From contig JBFWLW010000003.1 of assembly GCA_050251945.1 (NCBI GenBank), forward strand, positions 128,001 to 192,000: a stretch of 64,000 nucleotides of DNA, in the 5' to 3' direction. Each line of letters starts with the position of its first letter. The stretch's first letter is position 1. Below, in pieces: positions 9,996-18,160 of the stretch. The notes under the pieces were generated by a model that saw nothing but the letters and a program-made list of their open reading frames with translations, searched no databases and was not told where the DNA came from. The DNA is from Deferribacterales bacterium (GTDB lineage Bacteria > Chrysiogenota > Deferribacteres > Deferribacterales > Geovibrionaceae). Both the position numbers and the translations under genes were made by a program.

Positions 9996-10357
9996 TGAAA
10001 CGTATCCTTATTGTTGACGATGCCATAACCATGCGTCAGCTTGTTGCGGCGACGCTGAAGTCCGCCGGCTACGAAGTTGTGGACGCAAGGGACGGGGTGG
10101 ACGCGCTGAAAAAACTTGAAACGGGGCGCTTCAACCTCGTCGTTTCCGATGTCAACATGCCAAACATGGACGGCATCACATTTCTTAAAGAGATGAAGAA
10201 GAACCCTACCCATAAATTTACGCCTGTGATAATGCTGACGACCGAATCTCAGGCGGGTATCAAGGAAGAGGGCAGACAGGCGGGCGCAAAGGCATGGATA
10301 GTCAAGCCTTTTAAGCCCAACGACCTTCTTGCCGTAATAAAAAAGATAATCGGCTGA
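9995..10357 (+). CDS. cheY: CheY-like single-domain response regulator
   Basis: ILIVDD, SDVNMPNMDG, MLTTES, WIVKPF. Confidence 0.92.
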   Translation: MKRILIVDDAITMRQLVAATLKSAGYEVVDARDGVDALKKLETGRFNLVVSDVNMPNMDGITFLKEMKKNPTHKFTPVIMLTTESQAGIKEEGRQAGAKAWIVKPFKPNDLLAVIKKIIG

Positions 10358-10373
10358 CGACAGGAGCAGACAA

Positions 10374-11429
10374 GTGGACAGACAGACGCTCATTGAAAAG
10401 CTGAAAGACCCCGACGAGGCGGAAAGAATTTATACCGTTGAGGACGTTCTTTCCGAAAAGAACGAAGACCTCTATCCGGTACTCATCCGCCATATGTATT
10501 CGGAAACCAGCCGTCTTGTCCGCGAACTGATTGTCGAAGCTTTCAAAGTTCTCGACATTTCCCCTTTCTTTTCAGACATTGCGAAATATTTTGAATCTGC
10601 CGATGCGTACATAAGAAACTGTGCCATTGAGATATTCGGTTCAAAAGGCGAGGACGCGGTGGCGTTTCTCACCTCCATAATGGATCACCAGAACCGCGAG
10701 GTTCGCAAGCTTGTGCTGGACAGCCTTGTCGCCACAAGCTCAAAATATTCCATCCCCGCGCTGCGGGCGGCACTAAACGATAAAGCGCCCAACGTTATGA
10801 TGACTGCAGTGGAATACCTCGGCAAGATATACGACGAGGATTCATTGGAAGACATCATGAACATTTTTGAGAATACACACGAACCTATGGTTCGCATGTC
10901 CTGCCTAGAAACGCTGACGATAATGGGAAAACCCGCCACTGTTGACAGGGTTCTTGCCGTTGTCGGAGGAAGAACGATGGACAGCATCTTTAAGCCCACA
11001 GTCTTAAGACTTGTCGGGGAAAAAGGTGCAACACGCCATCTGGATTTTCTGCTCTCTTTTTTGAACAACAAAAACACAATGTATTTCAAAGAGATAGCAA
11101 ACGCTGTACTCAAGATCGTTTCCAGACACGACATACACAAGCTGGACGAGGGACATACAAAATTTATGCTGAACAACCTCCGCAACCTCGACGGGTATCC
11201 GGAGGAGAGACTTACTTTTCTTTATATTGTGTCGCACCTTGATATCCCGGACAAGGCAGCTCTTTACGAGGAACTGGCGTCAGATACAAACGAGAACATA
11301 TGCATGACAGCTCTCGAGCATCTGGCTGTGACAAACAGGGATAAAGCTATCAGGATAACCGAAATGAAGCTCGCAGGAGCGGACGGAGAGTACAGGAGAA
11401 TGCTCCAAAGTCTTCTGGAAACCTTATAG
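10374..11429 (+). CDS. HEAT repeat protein
   Basis: Repeated D...VR..A...LG helical units; GTG start after AGGAG. Confidence 0.8.
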   Translation: MDRQTLIEKLKDPDEAERIYTVEDVLSEKNEDLYPVLIRHMYSETSRLVRELIVEAFKVLDISPFFSDIAKYFESADAYIRNCAIEIFGSKGEDAVAFLTSIMDHQNREVRKLVLDSLVATSSKYSIPALRAALNDKAPNVMMTAVEYLGKIYDEDSLEDIMNIFENTHEPMVRMSCLETLTIMGKPATVDRVLAVVGGRTMDSIFKPTVLRLVGEKGATRHLDFLLSFLNNKNTMYFKEIANAVLKIVSRHDIHKLDEGHTKFMLNNLRNLDGYPEERLTFLYIVSHLDIPDKAALYEELASDTNENICMTALEHLAVTNRDKAIRITEMKLAGADGEYRRMLQSLLETL

Positions 11430-11447
11430 GAGCGGCACAAGCGGATC

Positions 11448-12275
11448 ATGTTCATCAACAACGATGACTACACAGACCTGACAGCTTTTATTTATAAAAA
11501 GTCAGGTATTAAATTTGAAGAAAAGAAACGGTACTTCATCAACAAAAGGGTCGAAAAAAGACTTCTTGAGATGGGTATAGAGGGCGTAAGGGAATATCTG
11601 CGCTATCTCAAATTCAAGGACACCGGCGATGAGTTTCAGTCTCTCATGAACCTGCTTACGGTTAACGAGACCTATTTCTTTCGCGAGTTTTCCACCCTTG
11701 AAACATTTGCCGAGCATTGTCTTCAGGAGATAATCGAAAGGAAAGAGGCAGTAAACGACAGGAACCTGCGCATATGGTCTGCCGGATGCTCCACAGGCGA
11801 GGAACCCTATACGCTCGCGATTATATTAAGAGAGATGATGGACAACCTGCCGAGCTGGGATGTGCGCATACTGGCAAGCGACATAGACGAGAACGTTCTG
11901 GCAAAGGCCGATGAAGCAAAATATGACGACCGCAGTCTGAAAGACGTGCCGGACGAATATTATAGAAAATATTTCACCACCTCAGGCGGGTTTCATACCC
12001 CCGTAAGAGAGGTGCGGAACATGGTCACCTTTGAACATCTCAACCTGATGGACAGGGACGCCATGAGAAAAAAACGCGGATTTGATTTCATCTTTTGCAG
12101 AAATGTGCTGATATACTTTGACGAGCTGTCCAGAAAACAGGTGGTGGACCACTATTACATTTCCATGAACAAAGGCGGCTACATCTTTCTGGGACACAGC
12201 GAATCGGTGGGCAGAATAACCACCGCATTCAGTATGAAACGCATGGGGTCAGGCGTTGTATACTACAAGGGGTAA
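11448..12275 (+). CDS. cheR: Chemotaxis protein methyltransferase
   Basis: LTVNETYFFRE, IWSAGCSTGEEPY, IFCRNVLIYF, LGHSES. Confidence 0.96.
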   Translation: MFINNDDYTDLTAFIYKKSGIKFEEKKRYFINKRVEKRLLEMGIEGVREYLRYLKFKDTGDEFQSLMNLLTVNETYFFREFSTLETFAEHCLQEIIERKEAVNDRNLRIWSAGCSTGEEPYTLAIILREMMDNLPSWDVRILASDIDENVLAKADEAKYDDRSLKDVPDEYYRKYFTTSGGFHTPVREVRNMVTFEHLNLMDRDAMRKKRGFDFIFCRNVLIYFDELSRKQVVDHYYISMNKGGYIFLGHSESVGRITTAFSMKRMGSGVVYYKG

Positions 12276-12277
12276 TT

Positions 12278-12643
12278 ATGGCTATTAAGGTATTGGTTAT
12301 CGACGATTCGGATATGGTTAGGCATTTCCACAGCAATATCCTTAAGTCTTCAGGGTTTGAGGCGGACGGAGCCATCGACGGAATGGATGCGCTTGAAAAG
12401 TCCATGCAGACCAACTATGCCCTGATGCTGTGCGATCTGAACATGCCCCGCATGGACGGAGTTACATTCATAAAAGAATACAGGAAAACGGGAAAAGAAA
12501 CCCCGATAATCATAATAACTACGCAGGAAGAACTGGAAAACCGTAAAAAAGGTTACGAATCAGGTGCAAACCTGTACATAACAAAGCCCGTTAAACCCGA
12601 CGACCTGATACTGAATATCAAGATGCTGCTGGGCATCATTTGA
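12278..12643 (+). CDS. Second CheY-like response regulator
   Basis: VLVIDDS, CDLNMPRMDG, ITTQ, YITKP. Confidence 0.9.
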   Translation: MAIKVLVIDDSDMVRHFHSNILKSSGFEADGAIDGMDALEKSMQTNYALMLCDLNMPRMDGVTFIKEYRKTGKETPIIIITTQEELENRKKGYESGANLYITKPVKPDDLILNIKMLLGII

Positions 12644-12659
12644 TTACCGGAGTGGAAAT

Positions 12660-15587
12660 ATGACTCAGATCGACATGGAAAAATTCAGGATGGAGTTTCT
12701 TGAGGAGGCTGCCGATCTCCTCGAAAACGCCAACGAAAGCATCCTTAAAGCCGAATCGGAGGGAGATGCGGAACTGTTTAACGCGGTTTTTCGCAATATC
12801 CACACCATAAAGGGCAGTGCAGGAGGGTTCGGGTTCGACAATATGTCGGAGTTCGCACACCACCTCGAATCGCTGCTGGATAAACTTAGAAACGGCGATA
12901 TCAAAATTGACGGCGATATAACCGACCTGCTTCTGAAAGGGGTGGATATCCTTTTTGAAATGATAGAGTACGCACGCGGCAAAAAGACATACGACCGCGA
13001 CCTGTCGGACATAATAGCCATGTATGACGCCACAAACGGCGATAAACAGGAAGAGACACATAAAACCGAAACCGCCGTCAGGGATATCCCGCGCGCGGCG
13101 GCAGATATTTCTGAACATCTGAGGCTGAATGACCCCGGATTCGGAAAAGTTTACAGAGTTCAGGTGAACTTCACCGACGACATGCTTGAAAACGGGTACG
13201 ACCCGCAGACACTCCTTGCAAACCTTAAGGAGATATCCGAATATTATCTTGCCGTCACAGACACTTCCAATGTTCCCGTCTTATCGGTTCTGGAGCCTTA
13301 CAAGCTTTACCTGCGCCCTGAAATTTACATCATAAGCGACGCGGCAATCGAAGAAATAGCCGATCTTGCGTTCGACCCTGAACTCATGACCATCACAGAG
13401 ATATCATTGGAAGAGCAGAGCACATCCGAAGTGCCCGCGCAGACAAAAGAATTCTCCGAAGAGGAATCCGCCATCGAAAAAGTGGATACTTCCGGCATCC
13501 AGTACGAGATGCTTGCGGAGCTTGCCAGCGGGATAGAAGACTATTTTGAATCAATAGAAAATTTCCTCATAGATATAGAAAAAACAGGCGAAGGCAAAAA
13601 AGACGCAGTTGACAACATCTTCCGTGTTTTCCACAACATAAAAGGCGACTGCGGATATGTAGGTTTTAACTTCCTTGAGAAATACGCCCACCTCGTCGAA
13701 AACATGCTGGACAAGGTACGTTCCGGCGCAATAGTCTTCGACAGAAGGGCTGCGGAATTTATTCTTAACGTCATTTCCGACGTAAAGGCGCTGGTGAAAT
13801 CGCTGCTGAACAACACCACGCCCGAACTGCCGAAAACATACAGGCAGTTGCAGAACCTTCAGGAATCAATGCTCACTATGGAAGAGAAGACCCCCGCTGT
13901 GACAGGGGATGTAAAGATTTTCCTTGCGCAGGTGGATCAGTTTTTCGAGATAATCTCTCTGGCAAAAGCAGACGGCAACAATGCCGGAATGCTTAAACGC
14001 GCCGCAATGGGATTTTCCAACGCAGCCAAGTTCATAGGGTTCACCGACCTGATGGAGATAGCACATAAATTCGCAGACAAGGCCGGCACAGGTGCGGATT
14101 TTTCACCCGAGCTGGCGCAGATAGATCACTATATCAAAGACCTGAAATCTCCAGCCAAAAAGCTCGGTGAACTGCTGGTCGAATCCGGAAAAGTCACTGC
14201 AAAAGAGATAGAGGATGCGAAGGCACAACAGAAAAAGATAGGCGAAATACTTGTGGATCAGGGGAAACTTGAGCCGAAAGACCTTGAGATAGCTCTTAAG
14301 AAACAGGTTATCATGAAAGCCACCACAAGCGTCCCGGAATCCGACAACAGCAGCATCTCCCTCGCTTCCGCCCTCACAAAAGAGGAACAGGAGGAGAAGG
14401 GCGATACCTCCAAAGAGAAATATTCCCAGTCCATGAAGGTGGATCAGGAAAAAATAGACAAATTCACAAACACCATAGGCGAACTTGTGGTGGCAAAGAA
14501 CGCATACGAATACATGATGCAGAGGCTGATACGCGAGTTTGACCTCCCCACAAGCCTTATCAAGGACTTTAAGGACAACTCAAACCTGATATCGCGAATT
14601 TCTCAGGATCTCCAGCGTGATATCATGTCGCTGCGCATGGTGCCGATAAAACAGATTTTCAACAAATTTCCCCGCGTTGTAAGGGATATCGCACGCAAGC
14701 AGAACAAGCAGATAGACCTGCGCATAATAGGCGAGGACACAGAGATAGATAAGAAGATAGCGGATATCCTTTCCGACCCGCTGGTTCACCTTGTCCGCAA
14801 CTCCTGTGACCACGGGATAGAATCACCGGAGGACAGAGCCAAAGCTTCCAAACCGGAAGAGGGACAGCTCATTCTTAAGGCGTACAACGAGGGCAGTTTC
14901 GTCTATATCGAGGTTATTGACGACGGACGCGGAATGGATCCTAAAAAGATTCTGGCAAAGGCGGTACAGAAAGGACTTGCCCCCGACGATGCGGTGCTTT
15001 CCGACAACGAGATAATACAGTTCATCCTTGCGCCCGGCTTCTCCACTGCGGAACAGGTAACGGACATCTCCGGACGCGGCGTGGGTATGGATGTCGTTAA
15101 AAGCTCCATAACCAGTGTCGGCGGCACCATAGACGTTCAATCGTCGCTGGGCGACGGATCAAGGATGGTCATGAAGATACCCGTCACAATAGGCATGTCG
15201 ACATCGCTTCTTGTGCGGATGGAATCTGATGAACACTACGCTTTCCCCATTGAGAACGTGGCGGAAACCATAAAAATTGCCAAAGAACAGGTCAAAGACC
15301 TCCATTTCGGCAACGGAATATACTACAGAGGCAACGTACTGCCCCTGATACAGCTTTCAAAACTGCTCGGCGACGAGGAAAAAGAACTCGCCGATGAGGT
15401 TAATATCGTTATAACGGTTACAGATGAGGGGAAAACGGGTATAATTGTGGATGAACTGCTGAACAGAATGGACATCGCCATCAAACCCGTGCCGGAATAC
15501 TTCGCTCATCTTAATTATATAGGCGGCGTTACCATCCTTGGCGACGGACAGGCCGTTCTGGTTTTGAATGTAAACAAATTATTATAG
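12660..15587 (+). CDS. cheA: Chemotaxis histidine kinase with two Hpt domains and MshEN-like repeat
   Basis: Hpt1 FRNIHTIKG, Hpt2 FRVFHNIKG, HLVRNSCDHG, DDGRG, PGFSTA, SGRGVGMDVV, C-terminal CheW domain. Confidence 0.95.
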   Translation: MTQIDMEKFRMEFLEEAADLLENANESILKAESEGDAELFNAVFRNIHTIKGSAGGFGFDNMSEFAHHLESLLDKLRNGDIKIDGDITDLLLKGVDILFEMIEYARGKKTYDRDLSDIIAMYDATNGDKQEETHKTETAVRDIPRAAADISEHLRLNDPGFGKVYRVQVNFTDDMLENGYDPQTLLANLKEISEYYLAVTDTSNVPVLSVLEPYKLYLRPEIYIISDAAIEEIADLAFDPELMTITEISLEEQSTSEVPAQTKEFSEEESAIEKVDTSGIQYEMLAELASGIEDYFESIENFLIDIEKTGEGKKDAVDNIFRVFHNIKGDCGYVGFNFLEKYAHLVENMLDKVRSGAIVFDRRAAEFILNVISDVKALVKSLLNNTTPELPKTYRQLQNLQESMLTMEEKTPAVTGDVKIFLAQVDQFFEIISLAKADGNNAGMLKRAAMGFSNAAKFIGFTDLMEIAHKFADKAGTGADFSPELAQIDHYIKDLKSPAKKLGELLVESGKVTAKEIEDAKAQQKKIGEILVDQGKLEPKDLEIALKKQVIMKATTSVPESDNSSISLASALTKEEQEEKGDTSKEKYSQSMKVDQEKIDKFTNTIGELVVAKNAYEYMMQRLIREFDLPTSLIKDFKDNSNLISRISQDLQRDIMSLRMVPIKQIFNKFPRVVRDIARKQNKQIDLRIIGEDTEIDKKIADILSDPLVHLVRNSCDHGIESPEDRAKASKPEEGQLILKAYNEGSFVYIEVIDDGRGMDPKKILAKAVQKGLAPDDAVLSDNEIIQFILAPGFSTAEQVTDISGRGVGMDVVKSSITSVGGTIDVQSSLGDGSRMVMKIPVTIGMSTSLLVRMESDEHYAFPIENVAETIKIAKEQVKDLHFGNGIYYRGNVLPLIQLSKLLGDEEKELADEVNIVITVTDEGKTGIIVDELLNRMDIAIKPVPEYFAHLNYIGGVTILGDGQAVLVLNVNKLL

Positions 15588-15598
15588 CGGCGGGAATT

Positions 15599-15955
15599 AT
15601 GAATGTACTTATTGTAGACGACAACTCTCTTCATCTGAAGATGTGCAAAATACTATTGGAAAAACTGAAACATAAGGTTGATACTGCGGAATCCGTGAAC
15701 GTGCTTAAAAAACTGCTTCCCACTATGCAGCAGCCGGACGTTGCGCTTGTGGATTTCAGACTGGAACCGGGCATAACAGGCGTTGATATCCTGAATATGC
15801 TTAAAATTGAGAATAAGTGGACAAAAACAAAATACATCGCTCTCACGGCGGACGTTGCCGAAAAGAGCAATCTCGGCGGAGCCGGGTTTGACGGCATTAT
15901 ATTTAAGCCCGTCACAGAAACCCTCCTCGCAGAAACATTAAGGGCATATGAATAG
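15599..15955 (+). CDS. Single-domain response regulator
   Basis: VLIVDD, LVDFRL, ALTA, FKP. Confidence 0.85.
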   Translation: MNVLIVDDNSLHLKMCKILLEKLKHKVDTAESVNVLKKLLPTMQQPDVALVDFRLEPGITGVDILNMLKIENKWTKTKYIALTADVAEKSNLGGAGFDGIIFKPVTETLLAETLRAYE

Positions 15956-17420
15956 CGCATACGACAGACTTAAAAACGAAATTGACGAGTGCTTTTTACA
16001 AATCGTAGGAATAATTAACGAGATAATCAAGCACCGCAGTGAAAGCTTCGGGGCTATGCTGAGCGTCGGAGAGAAGATACAGAGCGACTCAAACAGCTTT
16101 GTGGGCAACACGGACGAGATAGTCCGCCACATCTCTGACAACATCAACAAAAAAATTGAAAACCTTAACATGGAGAAGATGCGCGGTGAACTGAATGACG
16201 CTACAGATACATTTCTCTCCATAACGGAGGAGCTTGAGCTTCTGTCATACAACACCATATGCCGGACAATGGCTCTGGGCGACAAAGGCTCAACCATCAC
16301 TCACATCAGCAAGGAAATAAAAAAATATTCCACGACGGTGAAAACCCTTCTGGATGAGATAACCAAAGAATTTGCCGCTGTGTACGAACAGTTCAGGTAC
16401 ATAGCCGAAAACATAATCAACAGCGATATAAACAGCAGTGCGGAATTCCTGAAACTGGACGACACAGACACTATAGTCATAACGTCGGACGTATCGGAGC
16501 TTATTGAGAACTCGCAATTCCACGACATCTTTTCGCAGGAACTTGAGATAATCAAAGACGCCATGGGGCAAAACGGCTTTAACGGAGCTTACGAAGCCGG
16601 AACTGTATTCGGTGTTTACGAAAAGGCACTGGCAAAGCTGGATTTCATCAAAAGCGAACTGCAAAACAAACTTTACAATATAAAAGAAGTAATGAAGGAT
16701 TTCCTTTACTCCTTTAATACTGACCTGCAGAACATCGTCGGCAAAACAAATATCCTGCGCGAGGAACTGATGCGTGTGCATGAGGTTTCAAGCACCATAT
16801 GCGGAACCATAAACGACCTGCAGCAAAAAACAACCCAGTCGCAAGCAGTTATCAATCAGGCGACGATGCGTGTCAACGGGCTTGGAAAACAATCAAAAAC
16901 ATTCAAAAACCTTGTGGTTGTCACAGCCATAGAAGTTGCAAGAATAAACGACGAAGACCTGAGAAGCGTCGTTTCGTCCATGTTAAGCACGGAGCAGGAA
17001 CTCCAGAGACTGATAGCAAAACTGCACTCAAACATAACCCTCTGGCAGAATCTTCAAACTGATTTCAGCTCAACCTTTAAAGAGGCGGGAACTCATTTGA
17101 GACACATCTGCAGTTCCAACACTTCAACCGAAAGAGACCATATGCTTAAAAACACATACGACCTTGAAAACCAGCTCACAAATTTCCGCAGTATATTCAC
17201 CGGGGACAAATACATGAGCTTTTTCGACACCAACACCGAAAAACTCGTTGAACTGTTCGGAGAATTTATTGACAACGTTCAGGAAGAATTTGAAAAATTC
17301 AACAATAAACTCACCAATGAAATACTTGCCGACGAAGACTTCACCAGAGGCAGAAACGATTCTGAACTGAAAGACATACTGGCATCTGAAAACGATCAGT
17401 CCAGTATAGAGTTCTTTTAG
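15948..17420 (+). CDS. Coiled-coil protein resembling a degenerate MCP, with CheZ-like DxxxQ motif
   Basis: LELLSYNTICRTMALGDKG and AIEVARI echo MCP tips; SQFHDIFSQ; C-terminal IEFF. Confidence 0.55.
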   Translation: MNSAYDRLKNEIDECFLQIVGIINEIIKHRSESFGAMLSVGEKIQSDSNSFVGNTDEIVRHISDNINKKIENLNMEKMRGELNDATDTFLSITEELELLSYNTICRTMALGDKGSTITHISKEIKKYSTTVKTLLDEITKEFAAVYEQFRYIAENIINSDINSSAEFLKLDDTDTIVITSDVSELIENSQFHDIFSQELEIIKDAMGQNGFNGAYEAGTVFGVYEKALAKLDFIKSELQNKLYNIKEVMKDFLYSFNTDLQNIVGKTNILREELMRVHEVSSTICGTINDLQQKTTQSQAVINQATMRVNGLGKQSKTFKNLVVVTAIEVARINDEDLRSVVSSMLSTEQELQRLIAKLHSNITLWQNLQTDFSSTFKEAGTHLRHICSSNTSTERDHMLKNTYDLENQLTNFRSIFTGDKYMSFFDTNTEKLVELFGEFIDNVQEEFEKFNNKLTNEILADEDFTRGRNDSELKDILASENDQSSIEFF

Positions 17421-17428
17421 GCATCACC

Positions 17429-18109
17429 ATGAAACTGCTGATAGCCGACGACGACAAACTCAACCGGATACTGCTTTCAAAACTCATGCAGAAGATGGGC
17501 GCTGAATGTTTTCCGGCGGAAAACGGACAGCAGGCTCTGGATATGGTTTTGGCGGAAAATTTCGACGCTGTCCTTCTGGACATAAACATGCCCCTTATGC
17601 AGGGACCCGAGTGCGCTGAAAAGATAAGAACCGCAAAGGAAAATTACAGCGAACTGCCGGTGCTGGTGTGCATCTCCGCTGATGATGAATTTTCCGACGA
17701 TCCCCTTTTCGATTTCGCCCTTTTTAAGCCCTTCATGAGCGAAGATATACAGAATTTTCTGAATGCATTGGCAGAATGTAAAAAAGAGATAAACTATGAT
17801 CTTGACGGGGTGTCCGAAAAAATAGGGCTGGACAGCGAAACTATGCTCATGCTTATGGAAGAGTTTATATCCGTTATGGACGAAGAATACCAGAACCTCA
17901 GAAATGCTATTTACAGCAAAGACAAAGAGATGATCACCCATGTCGCCCACAAGATGAAAGGCGCATCGGCGGGAATGATGGTCACGGGACTTCAGGAGCT
18001 TTGCGCCGGTATGCAGAACGCGGATAAATCTGATATAAACAATATTAAACTGCTCCTTATCAGAATTCACTGCTGTTACAGTAAATTTCGGGCATTATTC
18101 ACACGCTGA
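17429..18109 (+). CDS. REC-Hpt phosphorelay protein
   Basis: N-terminal REC (ADDD, LDINMP, FKPF); C-terminal Hpt VAHKMKGAS. Confidence 0.85.
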   Translation: MKLLIADDDKLNRILLSKLMQKMGAECFPAENGQQALDMVLAENFDAVLLDINMPLMQGPECAEKIRTAKENYSELPVLVCISADDEFSDDPLFDFALFKPFMSEDIQNFLNALAECKKEINYDLDGVSEKIGLDSETMLMLMEEFISVMDEEYQNLRNAIYSKDKEMITHVAHKMKGASAGMMVTGLQELCAGMQNADKSDINNIKLLLIRIHCCYSKFRALFTR

Positions 18110-18160
18110 CAGGCTTGCGCCTGCCTCCCCTTTCTGTTAAATTATATTTAGGTAAATATC

